Shown one piece after another: positions 44,881 to 54,368 of a stretch of DNA of 64,000 bases. Position numbers and translations under genes: made by a program. The first letter of the stretch is position 1. Every line of letters starts with the position of its first letter. The notes below the pieces were generated by a model. The model saw nothing but the letters and a program-made list of their open reading frames with translations. It was not told where the DNA came from and searched no databases. The stretch lies in sequence record PZ452596.1. The stretch is one strand, 5' to 3'. The DNA is from a phage.

Positions 44881-45562
44881 ATCGTTTTGTTGGAAGAGAC
44901 AGAGGATCGCACTCTTCCTCTGACGGAGCATCTTCAAGACCCATAGCGTATCGCAAAGCATACTTCATCATCAGGATGTCTTTCGCGCAGTCATGAATAG
45001 AATCATGTGCAACGAATCCATCTAAAGTTCCTTTTGGAAGAGGACACGTGGTCATATCACGAACAAGCAGAAGTGCTTCAATTCTGGTACGAATATCACG
45101 CTGATTCCAGAATTTACAAGGTTCTAACTTAAATGTATCAAGCTCATTCTCGGAAACGCCGTTAAGACGTTGAATATCGCGAATGAGATCGACTAAAATT
45201 GGAAAATCAAACGACATTCCACGGCACCAACCTTGAGATTTCCAAGGATCGATGTTATGTGCATTGATGTAATCATTAAATTTTGCAATACCATCGATAG
45301 TGCTTACATCTTCATCGGATGGTGCAATATTTTTTCGAGCTTCAGGAGACTGGTTTTTCCACCATTCGATAGTGCTTTTAGTAAAAAGACGATGTCCTTT
45401 TTGGCTTTTTAAATCAAATTTGATTTTAATGCCACGTGAAACTAATTCATCAAATGTTTCAACAACTTCTGGGTTAGGGTCAAAGGCAATAACAGCCAAA
45501 TCAATAACAGCTGCTTTTTCACCACTTCCCATTGTTTCAAAATCTATAATAAAATCAAACAT
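44879..45562 (-). CDS. dexA: exonuclease A (DnaQ-like 3'-5' exonuclease)
   Basis: 227 aa, DFETMG exonuclease motif at N-terminus; matches T4 DexA. Confidence 0.9.
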   Translation of the reverse strand: MFDFIIDFETMGSGEKAAVIDLAVIAFDPNPEVVETFDELVSRGIKIKFDLKSQKGHRLFTKSTIEWWKNQSPEARKNIAPSDEDVSTIDGIAKFNDYINAHNIDPWKSQGWCRGMSFDFPILVDLIRDIQRLNGVSENELDTFKLEPCKFWNQRDIRTRIEALLLVRDMTTCPLPKGTLDGFVAHDSIHDCAKDILMMKYALRYAMGLEDAPSEEECDPLSLPTKR

Positions 45563-45819
45563 TAAACTTTCCTCGCTAAATCGCGAATTTGGCCTACAGT
45601 ATAGTCTTGAATATAAACTTTATTAATAGGCTCATCAATAAATTTTGCCATAGATTCAATATCTTTTTGTATCTTTTCAAGACTGTATACTATCTTTGAA
45701 GCTTTTTCACGAATAGTAATATTTTCAGGACCTGGATTTTCTTCAATGACAGCTTTAACATTTGTCATAAGAGATTTAAACTGGTACCAACTCAACTCAA
45801 TCATTAATAATCGCCTCAT
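45562..45819 (-). CDS. hypothetical protein, paralog A (dexA-dda spacer)
   Basis: 85 aa; similar to adjacent 86-aa ORF. Confidence 0.45.
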   Translation of the reverse strand: MRRLLMIELSWYQFKSLMTNVKAVIEENPGPENITIREKASKIVYSLEKIQKDIESMAKFIDEPINKVYIQDYTVGQIRDLARKV

Positions 45820-46057
45820 AAAGATAGCTAATTTCGCCTAAAACGTAATCATTGATTGTAACAGTTTTCACTTCACCACAAAAGAATTCTAACGCAATTA
45901 AATCTCGTTCAATTTCTTCTAATTGAAGCATCAACTTACTAGATTCAATTTTTACAGTTTCACGATTTTTACCATGAGCAATTTCATAAATTTCGCTAAC
46001 TTTATCCTGAAGAAGATAAAACTGATCTTTAGTTATTTCCACGAATAGCTTCCTCAA
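45797..46057 (-). CDS. hypothetical protein, paralog B (dexA-dda spacer)
   Basis: 86 aa; aligns with paralog A (MRxL..E..QF..L...V..I.E...NDY..G.I). Confidence 0.45.
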   Translation of the reverse strand: MRKLFVEITKDQFYLLQDKVSEIYEIAHGKNRETVKIESSKLMLQLEEIERDLIALEFFCGEVKTVTINDYVLGEISYLYEAIIND

Positions 46058-46289
46058 ATTTAATTAGTAATTTACAGACACTTTCATCTAGTGTAATTAC
46101 CGTATCTGTATTACTGTGATATGATTGTTTTTCAATTCGTTTAATTGCTAATATAGTATCACTTATAAGATAAAGCTTATGAAGGAGCTCAGCTCCTGTT
46201 ATCATAACATTAAGATTATCTTGCTTATTAGTATGCTTCCTTATACCATCTATTAGACGATTTAAATATTTTGAATTGATGTTAATCAT
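46029..46289 (-). CDS. hypothetical protein (dexA-dda spacer)
   Basis: 86-aa ORF. Confidence 0.45.
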   Translation of the reverse strand: MININSKYLNRLIDGIRKHTNKQDNLNVMITGAELLHKLYLISDTILAIKRIEKQSYHSNTDTVITLDESVCKLLIKFEEAIRGNN

Positions 46290-46295
46290 ATATCC

Positions 46296-47615
46296 TCACA
46301 CATAAAATACGTCATAACGACCACGGGTAACACCAACATAAAGAAGTTGTTGAGCCAATTCAGCATCTGCATAATGAATACAAGGTGTATAAATGAAAGC
46401 ACGGTCTACAGACATACCCTGAGCTTTATGGAATGTTGATGCAGGAAGTGCTTTCACTTTACTAAACTGTGATTTAGCATCCCAAAAATCACTCCACGGA
46501 GCTTTTCCGCCTTTGTTCCAATTTTTATAAGTTTCTGCCGTTTTACCTAAAAATAGGTTAAACTTATATAGCTCTTCATCAGATGAAATTATTTTAATCT
46601 TTTCACGATAATATTCATCATCGCCGTAAGTTTCTACTGTTAAATCCCAATGACGAATTAAGTATTCTCCATGAACACCACGGGCTTTAACAAACGTTGA
46701 TGTATACTCTGCTTCTATAATACGAACTAATTGTCCGTTATTAAAAATAATTTCTGACACAGGCTTTCCATCAATTTTATATGTTTTAATTAATGGTTCC
46801 TGCATTACAATAATTTCACCAACAATAAAATCTTTATCAGTTTCAAAAATCTTTTTACGAATAATGCTATTTAACTTGTCAACGGATTTATTCGTAAATG
46901 CCATTACGCGATTTTCAAACAAATCATCTAGTGATTTGACAATTGAAAAATAATTTACCATAAAATCGCGTAAAGCGGTATCACCAGTAAATCCACGTAC
47001 TCCATGACCGTCAACAACTTTATCATAAATCCACTTACCGTTGCGAACATCAGTAGCTACATCAATAATAGGAGCATTACTGCGTTTAACTTCAGTAAGT
47101 TCACACTGATAAAAATCTTTGTGTGTAAAGAATGGACTGATATAAGCAGTATTTTCTCCTGGATCAACAGGTCTAATTTGCTTATTATCACCTATTCCAA
47201 TTATAGTACACCAAGGTGGAATAGTTGAAAGCAGAATTTTAAATAGCTTTCTATCATACATTGACACTTCGTCGCAGATTAATACCCTGCATTTAGCTAA
47301 ATCTGGTACTTCCTTCTGTTCAAAAAGAACGTTTTCTTCATACGTAACTGGGTTAATTTTAAGAATACTATGAATAGTACTCGCTTCTTTCCCCGACAGT
47401 TTTGAAAGAATCTTTTTAGCTGCATGTGTAGGAGCTGCTAAAATAATACCAGTTTCACCCGTAGATATTAAAGCTTCAATGATGAATTTAGTAAGAGTAG
47501 TCTTACCGGTACCAGCAGGTCCATTAATAGTTACATGATGTTTCTTTTCTTTAATAGCCCTCATAACGATGTTAAAGGCATTTTTCTGGCCTTCTGTCAA
47601 ATCATCAAATGTCAT
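46296..47615 (-). CDS. dda: Dda DNA helicase (SF1B)
   Basis: 439 aa, Walker A GPAGTGKTT; matches T4 Dda. Confidence 0.95.
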   Translation of the reverse strand: MTFDDLTEGQKNAFNIVMRAIKEKKHHVTINGPAGTGKTTLTKFIIEALISTGETGIILAAPTHAAKKILSKLSGKEASTIHSILKINPVTYEENVLFEQKEVPDLAKCRVLICDEVSMYDRKLFKILLSTIPPWCTIIGIGDNKQIRPVDPGENTAYISPFFTHKDFYQCELTEVKRSNAPIIDVATDVRNGKWIYDKVVDGHGVRGFTGDTALRDFMVNYFSIVKSLDDLFENRVMAFTNKSVDKLNSIIRKKIFETDKDFIVGEIIVMQEPLIKTYKIDGKPVSEIIFNNGQLVRIIEAEYTSTFVKARGVHGEYLIRHWDLTVETYGDDEYYREKIKIISSDEELYKFNLFLGKTAETYKNWNKGGKAPWSDFWDAKSQFSKVKALPASTFHKAQGMSVDRAFIYTPCIHYADAELAQQLLYVGVTRGRYDVFYV

Positions 47616-47923
47616 CGGAAAGTCCCTGCAATTGGAATACTAACAATACGCCCAGTATCTAAAATTCGCTGATATAATCTTTGTGTGTCTACGTCAGGCT
47701 TAACATGTTTAACTTCTATTTTATTAAACCAAAATTTACGTGGAGTCTCAACTAATCTTGGAATTCCCTTACCTAAAGCTAGTTGATACTGCTCTTTAAG
47801 AGTGGTAAATACTTTATCAGCAATCTTCCATTCAAAAAATACAGCAGGACGATGTTCATCGAGCGGAACTGGCGCCGTAAATCCGTCTTTGTCTCGGTAA
47901 ACTATCGCATATACATAAACCAT
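47612..47923 (-). CDS. hypothetical protein (dda.1 position)
   Basis: 103-aa ORF overlapping dda start. Confidence 0.5.
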   Translation of the reverse strand: MVYVYAIVYRDKDGFTAPVPLDEHRPAVFFEWKIADKVFTTLKEQYQLALGKGIPRLVETPRKFWFNKIEVKHVKPDVDTQRLYQRILDTGRIVSIPIAGTFR

Positions 47924-47924
47924 A

Positions 47925-48671
47925 TTATCCTCGGATAAGTTTAAAAATTGAACAATTTAGCGGGTATCCTCTTTTTAATTTGAGTTTATCAATAAATGAT
48001 AAGTTTTGAAACCGCTCTACACCTTGAATAATTTTATCACACATATCATATTGCATTTCTGCTTCTGACAACTTTTTCACAATTTTCCAATCCGAGCCTT
48101 TAAGAAGAACGTTCAGTTTAACAACTTCAGCGCCTTCTGCTATACGAGAACCATCAATACGAGCTTTAAGTGCTATAATTCTTAGCTTAATGTCAGAGGT
48201 CTGTTTTGACTTAGAAAGCTGAGAAATGTGTTCAATTCGGTTTTCACGTTTTTTCTGTATAGCTTTAATTTGATTATAAGTCTTTTTGATTTTAGCCCAT
48301 TTCTTTTCATCTAAATTTAGTTTATGAACTTTTTTCGCAGATGAACGACCAATTCGCAAAGCAAACAAATCACGTTTTTCAATCAACTCCTCTAAAGTAT
48401 AATCAGAACGAAATGTATTATACTTTTTCTTTACTGCAATAACATTCCCTTTAATGTATCCAACGTTATTATCAAAACGTTCTAATGATAATTTCTCTCC
48501 TTCAATACGATTATCAAAAGGTTCTCCCGAGTAAGCACAAACTTTTTGATCTAAAATGTTCTTAATGTAATTGAAGTCTAAGTTAAAATCTTTAGAACGT
48601 CTTTTTGCAGATGCCTGAGTGTGCTCTAAACGACGTTTAATTTTACGAATTTGATTATTAGACAGTTTCAT
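47925..48671 (-). CDS. srd: Srd-like protein (position-based)
   Basis: 248-aa basic ORF between dda.1 and modA; contains CAYSGEPF...SLERFDNNVGYIKGNV motif. Confidence 0.45.
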   Translation of the reverse strand: MKLSNNQIRKIKRRLEHTQASAKRRSKDFNLDFNYIKNILDQKVCAYSGEPFDNRIEGEKLSLERFDNNVGYIKGNVIAVKKKYNTFRSDYTLEELIEKRDLFALRIGRSSAKKVHKLNLDEKKWAKIKKTYNQIKAIQKKRENRIEHISQLSKSKQTSDIKLRIIALKARIDGSRIAEGAEVVKLNVLLKGSDWKIVKKLSEAEMQYDMCDKIIQGVERFQNLSFIDKLKLKRGYPLNCSIFKLIRG

Positions 48672-48796
48672 ATTTTTCTCACATCTTACAGACGATTTAA
48701 TACTTTATTACTATAACATTTTTACCTTAACTTGTAAACAACTTTATGTAAAAATGCTTTAAAAATTTCATGGTATAATGAATCTAAGTCCTTCCA

Positions 48797-49399
48797 TTAT
48801 AGATTAAATCCTTCAAAATCAAGAGTATAGATAGTGTATGTTGAATACTTTTTATACTCATATCTATCTGCAATTCTAAATACACTTCCAGCTGGTATCA
48901 TTACTTCTTGTTCATCTGAAACTAATTCCATATTACGATAACGATGGCTATCCGGAAACTTAAAGTTTGGATTGTATTCTTTACAGCGTAGAGCTTTTAT
49001 AGCATACTCCTGGAAATTGAATACCATAGGAGCTTTGAATTCAAAAATAACTTGTGTGTTATACTCTAAACCGGAAGCAAAATGTAGAGCTATATTTTTA
49101 TCATATGAAGCTGATACGACTTTATCAAATGTAATAATATCAATTCCTTGATTTAATACTTGCTTAGTCTCAGCTGGAACACCTCTCCAAAGAGGTTTAT
49201 CGTTTGGAACCAAACGAGATTTGATTATTTCATTTAACCAAGAATGATCGTCTGGTTTATTAGTAATACAATGAATTAAAAGTTCAATTTCAGATAAATT
49301 AAACCCTTCAGAAAGTAATTCTTCACGAATAGAAGCACGCACCGATGCATCCATTGATTTTATTTTAAAATCTTTTAGTTGCATTACTGAGTATTTCAT
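48797..49399 (-). CDS. modA: ADP-ribosyltransferase ModA
   Basis: 200 aa, same length and position as T4 ModA. Confidence 0.85.
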   Translation of the reverse strand: MKYSVMQLKDFKIKSMDASVRASIREELLSEGFNLSEIELLIHCITNKPDDHSWLNEIIKSRLVPNDKPLWRGVPAETKQVLNQGIDIITFDKVVSASYDKNIALHFASGLEYNTQVIFEFKAPMVFNFQEYAIKALRCKEYNPNFKFPDSHRYRNMELVSDEQEVMIPAGSVFRIADRYEYKKYSTYTIYTLDFEGFNL

Positions 49400-50019
49400 T
49401 CAACTACCTCAATATCATAAACTTTAAATGTTCCAAATGAATCGTGTAATTTTTCTTTTGAAATAGAAGTTATTCTATACTTTCCAATTGGAATCATCCA
49501 TTCTTGTTCACGCACAATCATCATTAAGTTGTCAGTACGCTCTGAATCTAGCCCATCAGTATCTTCATACGTGTACTTAAACTCAGTATTAGGAGAAGAA
49601 AGTATAATATCGCTGATATGGTCAGAATAATTAAAAGCTTTATCAGTTTTTAAGCGAAATATTATTTCAGTGAAATACTCAACATAAGAAAAACCACATG
49701 CTGTGTGCAAACTAGTAGTAAATGAATCTACCCTGTTCGTTGAAAACACTTCTCCAACTTGTAAATCTTTAATGAGTTCTTTTGTCGATTTTGATATACC
49801 ACGATATAACTGATAAGGTGATTTAGTTAAATGCTTTTTAATGATTTTATTCAACTGCCTATGAAGAGCTTCATTCTTTTTGGCTTCCATACATTGCCAA
49901 AGAACGGATTGTTCAAAGTCAGTAAATTTTTCACAGACTTTTTTATACATATCATATTGAAAATCAACGCTTTCAGCTTTTATAGATAACTGTTCAACAT
50001 CTTCAAGATTAATAATCAT
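49396..50019 (-). CDS. modB: ADP-ribosyltransferase ModB
   Basis: 207 aa, paralogous to ModA; early promoter upstream. Confidence 0.85.
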   Translation of the reverse strand: MIINLEDVEQLSIKAESVDFQYDMYKKVCEKFTDFEQSVLWQCMEAKKNEALHRQLNKIIKKHLTKSPYQLYRGISKSTKELIKDLQVGEVFSTNRVDSFTTSLHTACGFSYVEYFTEIIFRLKTDKAFNYSDHISDIILSSPNTEFKYTYEDTDGLDSERTDNLMMIVREQEWMIPIGKYRITSISKEKLHDSFGTFKVYDIEVVE

Positions 50020-50034
50020 GATAGCCTCCGTATA

Positions 50035-50085
50035 CTTCAGAAGCTATCATATCATTGTTAGAAAGGAAAGTAAACAACTTTTTGA
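50035..50085 (-). promoter_or_regulatory. early promoter candidate upstream of modB
   Basis: minus strand AAGTTGTTTAC then -10-like ATGATATGATA. Confidence 0.4.
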
Positions 50086-50086
50086 A

Positions 50087-50269
50087 TTATTTTGCCCAGG
50101 GAGCCCAGGGCGGAGGGTCAAGATGGTATGAAGCTAGTTCTTCTAGAAGAGCATCTGGGGCTTCAATTCCATAATTCTGTAATACTATACGGTACTCTTT
50201 CTTATAATCACTAGAATCATTCTGGATATTCGTAGAATGATTATCTTCTAACATCTCAAATAAATCCAT
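50087..50269 (-). CDS. hypothetical small acidic protein
   Basis: 60-aa ORF. Confidence 0.4.
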   Translation of the reverse strand: MDLFEMLEDNHSTNIQNDSSDYKKEYRIVLQNYGIEAPDALLEELASYHLDPPPWAPWAK

Positions 50270-50277
50270 ATTAATTC

Positions 50278-50559
50278 CTAGCGATAAAAACCAAAATAAC
50301 GATTAGCTTCAATAATCTTTCTTTCTTCTTCGGACATTCTCCAGCGTAGTCCAACGTCAAAATGAGCCCAGACCATCTTAACAAATGCATTTATATCTTT
50401 AATATCTTCAATAATGAATGTTTTACTTTTCGAAGGTTGACTCGCTAATTTAACTTTATCATCTTCAAACAGGTCAAAAAGACCATATTCGTGAGCTCTT
50501 TTATAGCCTTTAATAGTTAAAGCTTCAGAAGAAGAAAATGGTGAATCTGTATTCTGCAA
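50278..50559 (-). CDS. hypothetical protein, possibly 3' part of a frame-disrupted gene
   Basis: 93-aa ORF begins at TTG; same frame stays open to 50673 with no ATG; upstream 28-codon ORF ends in another frame. Confidence 0.35.
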   Translation of the reverse strand: MQNTDSPFSSSEALTIKGYKRAHEYGLFDLFEDDKVKLASQPSKSKTFIIEDIKDINAFVKMVWAHFDVGLRWRMSEEERKIIEANRYFGFYR

Positions 50560-50900
50560 AATATCTTCAGTATGCTTTATAATTAGAATAACATTTTCTG
50601 GATATTTTCTTTCTTTTATATCTTTAATTAAAAAATCCGGATTTTCTGCTAAAGGAATAATTAATGAGCATTTTTATCAAGCGTATTTACTGATTTACCT
50701 TCTTTAGACATAAATTCTATTGAATATAGTTTTGCTACTTCAATCATGTGATTTCCTTTTGCCTACTAATGGACCGTCAGGAATTTTGTTTTCCTGAATG
50801 TATTTCTCATTTTCTTCCATCATTTTACTGCCAATTTTAAGAAGCAAATCCATTGCTTCATTTGCTTTTGCTTTAGCCTCTTCCAATGTCATATCTTTGT

Positions 50901-51104
50901 TCATGATTTATCACCATAGATGTCTCTCATCAATTTAAGCGCTGAGCGCTCTAATTTCTTTTCTTTCTCAGCACTAATCATTGATTTCATCCATTCTTCC
51001 GATTCGTTCTGCATTTCTTTATTTGCTTGTTCAACCCAACCATCATCAATATACATTGAGTTTGGTCTATTGAACCATTCAAGAATCTTCTTGAAAGCTT
51101 TCAT
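50901..51104 (-). CDS. hypothetical protein
   Basis: 67-aa ORF. Confidence 0.4.
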
Positions 51105-51564
51105 TTATTTTACCTAAAATAATAGTAGGAGCATCGTCAAATTTATGAATTTTTAGCAAATTTGGATTTAAATTATTCCATAAAGAGGTAATAAAATATG
51201 ATAGCGCACTTTCGTCCGTAATTATAAATTTATTTCCCTTATCTATTTTCCAGTCATATATTGAATCATATGAATAGAAGGACAATGGTTTATTATTATA
51301 ATATGCTTCACTAACATCAATATAGTTAGATTTAGTAAATGCTTGAATTGCCATAAATGGAGAATTTTGTACAGTTTCAATAATTCCGATCTTTTTAAGT
51401 TTTATTTCAACATCTTCTGGAATTGGCATTGAAATAAAATCTTCTACTAGATACATATTATTGTCATATCTTTTATCAATCATTACTGCTACGGTAATTG
51501 GAACATCCTTGACAAACGCCATACTAATACTATTGATAGACATTTCAAACAAAATTGCTTCCAT
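51079..51564 (-). CDS. hypothetical protein (mrh position in T4)
   Basis: 161 aa from MEAILFEMS; name by position only. Confidence 0.4.
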   Translation of the reverse strand: MEAILFEMSINSISMAFVKDVPITVAVMIDKRYDNNMYLVEDFISMPIPEDVEIKLKKIGIIETVQNSPFMAIQAFTKSNYIDVSEAYYNNKPLSFYSYDSIYDWKIDKGNKFIITDESALSYFITSLWNNLNPNLLKIHKFDDAPTIILGKINESFQEDS

Positions 51565-51572
51565 AATTTTCC

Positions 51573-51917
51573 TCAATCACAAGATGTAGATGAACAACTA
51601 GAATCACAAGAACTTCCGCATGAATCGCCCGTCCATACATGAACAGGAACATTAGTATCATATGAATCAGAACTAGATTGTGTATTCTGTGTGTTAGATG
51701 ATGTAGTAGGTACTGACCATCGCCAAGGATTTTTATAATATTCTTGGGCTTCTTCATAAGTCATAGTAACTGCTTCTACTGTTCCATCTCCCATATAAAC
51801 ATACTCAACTACAGTTAAAGGAAGGTAGTCATTTGAAATAGGAACTACACCTTCCCCAGGAGTCGTAGAGAAAAAATCCGTAAAGAAACTTTTAAACCAA
51901 TTAAAGATAAACATCAC
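51573..51917 (-). CDS. hypothetical protein with Cys/Ser-rich C-terminal tail
   Basis: 114 aa; hydrophobic N-terminus; C-terminus [18 protein letters not shown]. Confidence 0.45.
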   Translation of the reverse strand: MMFIFNWFKSFFTDFFSTTPGEGVVPISNDYLPLTVVEYVYMGDGTVEAVTMTYEEAQEYYKNPWRWSVPTTSSNTQNTQSSSDSYDTNVPVHVWTGDSCGSSCDSSCSSTSCD

Positions 51918-52126
51918 AAAAATCCTCTTTGAAATTCGACTCTTTGAAATCCACCCCAGTCAGTATATCGCATTTCAGCATTGAACTCGACTGAACCATC
52001 TGCATGCATCATGAATGAATGCGTGACGACATCACAATCCCAGCTTTTCATACCCCATTTATCAGCGATAGCTTTATCAAGAACCTTCTGGAGGTCTTCA
52101 TTTGGTTTAATCCAACGATTTAACAT
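51914..52126 (-). CDS. hypothetical protein
   Basis: 70-aa ORF. Confidence 0.45.
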   Translation of the reverse strand: MLNRWIKPNEDLQKVLDKAIADKWGMKSWDCDVVTHSFMMHADGSVEFNAEMRYTDWGGFQRVEFQRGFL

Positions 52127-52204
52127 AGTGTTCTCCTCTATAAGATATTTTTATTATACCACACTCATTTTGACATGTAAACCATAAAATGAAAAAAGGA
52201 ATCC

Positions 52205-52226
52205 CGGAGGATTCCTTAAAATATTT
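52205..52226 (-). terminator. rho-independent terminator after soc
   Basis: AAGGAATCC-CGGA-GGATTCCTT hairpin followed on minus strand by TTTTTTTCATTTT. Confidence 0.75.
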
Positions 52227-52482
52227 AACCACCGACACCTGGTGTCGGTGTAACAGTCCAAAGACCTTCATTAGCAGTGATCCATTCAGTACGCTGATTT
52301 TCTTCATATACTGTAGAATATGCTGCTTTTTCAGAAGGGAATGTCTGATAATGAGCACCAGAAATTTTGTGAACATCAGAATAAAGAGGGAAAGCTACAG
52401 AAATTTCTTTACCCTGAATTGTACCACCATCAACTGCTTGGTCAAATGTTTTGATATTAACATAACCGCGAGTACTAGCCAT
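52225..52482 (-). CDS. soc: small outer capsid protein Soc
   Basis: 85 aa MASTRGYVNIKTFDQ...; late promoter TATAAATA upstream, terminator downstream. Confidence 0.88.
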   Translation of the reverse strand: MASTRGYVNIKTFDQAVDGGTIQGKEISVAFPLYSDVHKISGAHYQTFPSEKAAYSTVYEENQRTEWITANEGLWTVTPTPGVGG

Positions 52483-52512
52483 GTAATTCTCCTTTTATTT
52501 AAATTACATGAT

Positions 52513-52520
52513 TATTTATA
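52513..52520 (-). promoter_or_regulatory. late promoter core (soc)
   Basis: exact TATAAATA on minus strand about 30 nt upstream of soc ATG. Confidence 0.65.
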
Positions 52521-52550
52521 ATAAATTCTCGCGGCTTTTAAGACGAGCTG

Positions 52551-53069
52551 TTAATAACCTCGGTCTTGACGAGCAAAGTTTTCAGCATTTTTCAGATAAT
52601 AAAGTTTAAAGATTTCTTCTGCTGTAAGACCAAGACCTTGGAACATGTTCAGAACGAAATGGAGAATATCAATCATTTCAAATTTAATTTCCAATTGGTC
52701 TTGTGGAGACAAATCAGTAATCAAAGTTTCACGGCGTTCACCATGCTGCGACTTCCAAGGTTTCCATACAGCAGATGCATCTTTTTCACCATTGCTCATA
52801 CCACCAAGAGAAGTCAGAAGTTCGCGGAATTCATCATCAATATAATCTTTCTGATTGCGTAGCCAATCAACAACTTCACCTGCAGTAGCCAAATCATCAG
52901 GATGACGGTTATATTCAGGTTTATCTTTAGCTAAACGAACCTGTAGAGATTTCTGCATATCAAGCATAACCTGCAGCGGGTCTTTTTCGTCACCGAGAAT
53001 ATCCCAATATTCATTTTGAGCTTTATCAGCGCCTTCAATCAGTTGTGAGCATTCATTAAAGTAAGCCAT
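52551..53069 (-). CDS. 56: dCTP pyrophosphatase (dCTPase/dUTPase, MazG-like) gp56
   Basis: 172 aa from MAYFNECSQLIEGADKA...; track ORF start is a GTG over-extension. Confidence 0.88.
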   Translation of the reverse strand: MAYFNECSQLIEGADKAQNEYWDILGDEKDPLQVMLDMQKSLQVRLAKDKPEYNRHPDDLATAGEVVDWLRNQKDYIDDEFRELLTSLGGMSNGEKDASAVWKPWKSQHGERRETLITDLSPQDQLEIKFEMIDILHFVLNMFQGLGLTAEEIFKLYYLKNAENFARQDRGY

Positions 53070-53140
53070 TATTTTTCCTTTCAATTCGTGGGTTAGTAGA
53101 TCAATTATACAATAAATATATAAAGCAATAAGGAGGACAT

Positions 53141-53341
53141 ATGGTACAAAAATTAATGGCACTTGTTAATGCCATCAAAGGTAATAAAAAGCGTATAGCT
53201 TTTACTATTTCTGCTATGGTAGGAATTTTACTCTGGAACTTTATTTTATCACCAATTGCAATTGCGCATGGTGTTAATATTCCAGTAGTTACTCTTGATA
53301 CATTTGTAGATTTAGCATTTGCTTTAGTTGGGTTAATTTAA
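53141..53341 (+). CDS. putative small membrane protein, antisense to the early transcription unit
   Basis: 66-aa ORF with strong SD (TAAGGAGG, 6 nt spacer); two hydrophobic segments. Confidence 0.3.
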   Translation: MVQKLMALVNAIKGNKKRIAFTISAMVGILLWNFILSPIAIAHGVNIPVVTLDTFVDLAFALVGLI

Positions 53342-54366
53342 ATCTTAGCATATTTAGATAACCGCATTTTAGCCATTAACCCCTGGGCAATATTATTTTT
53401 CATATATTCCATAATTTGTTCAGGGGTTGCACCTTCCTTTCTAATCATATCATTAACATCTTTTGATTTCCAGGGAGATTTATCCCAAAACATAACCCTT
53501 TCTCCTGCATCAACTAATTTAGTCATTCGTTTAATAGTGTCAGGGTGACGAGGTTCATTATCTAAAACCCACACACGTCTATCTTTAAATGGAACAACTT
53601 CTAGGTCTAATTGACCACCTGTAATAGCTATACCATTTTCAATAAAAAGTGAATCTATAGGTCCTTCTAGAACATATACATCACCATCTTTAACTCGTTC
53701 GACTCCATAGATTTTTGTTGCTTCAGGATAAGCTTTGATAGTGATATATTTTTGGGGAGCATCTTTCTTTAATGCACGTCCTTGAAAAGACTCGGCTTTT
53801 CCATTAGCATTATAAATTGGAATAACAAGACGAGGCTCAGGTATTTCCTTTTTATATGTTCCCGGTGCTATGCTATTAACTAATTTAGGCCATTCAGTTG
53901 TAAACCAAAGATATTTCCATTTATCCTTTGGAATACAACGAGCTTTTACATATTTTATAATTGCATGGTCTTCCTCCAGTTTATCTAATCGAACACATGA
54001 CGGAAGAGATTTAATTATTTTCTTCTCAGGTTGTTTAGGAAGTTCTTTAGGTTTTTCTACTGGACGACTTTTACCTTTTTCTTTTCTTATTTCAAAGATA
54101 TACTCACGATATAAATCAGGTTCAAACTCCTTTAAATATATTCCGATTGGTGCATGATAGTTACAGTTATAACAATGAATATTTCCTTCATTATTATCAC
54201 CATAATACCATCCACGAGCTTTATTCTGGTCGGTTTTTGAATCTCCACAAACAGGGCATCTAAACCGCAATTTAAAAGTTGAACTATTATTTACTTGTGT
54301 GAATTTAGGTAAATGAGCCAATGCACGATACGCAAACTCATTATCAATCCAAGGTATTGATGACAT
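53338..54366 (-). CDS. 61: DNA primase gp61
   Basis: 342 aa, zinc-binding CPVCGDS...CYNCNYH; matches T4 gp61. Confidence 0.95.
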   Translation of the reverse strand: MSSIPWIDNEFAYRALAHLPKFTQVNNSSTFKLRFRCPVCGDSKTDQNKARGWYYGDNNEGNIHCYNCNYHAPIGIYLKEFEPDLYREYIFEIRKEKGKSRPVEKPKELPKQPEKKIIKSLPSCVRLDKLEEDHAIIKYVKARCIPKDKWKYLWFTTEWPKLVNSIAPGTYKKEIPEPRLVIPIYNANGKAESFQGRALKKDAPQKYITIKAYPEATKIYGVERVKDGDVYVLEGPIDSLFIENGIAITGGQLDLEVVPFKDRRVWVLDNEPRHPDTIKRMTKLVDAGERVMFWDKSPWKSKDVNDMIRKEGATPEQIMEYMKNNIAQGLMAKMRLSKYAKI

Positions 54367-54368
54367 TT

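Noticed and set aside
53070-53162. N-terminal 31-aa extension of gp56 in the ORF track
   Set aside because: Starts at GTG without an SD, whereas the internal ATG at 53069 has an AAAGGA SD and gives the expected 172-aa product.
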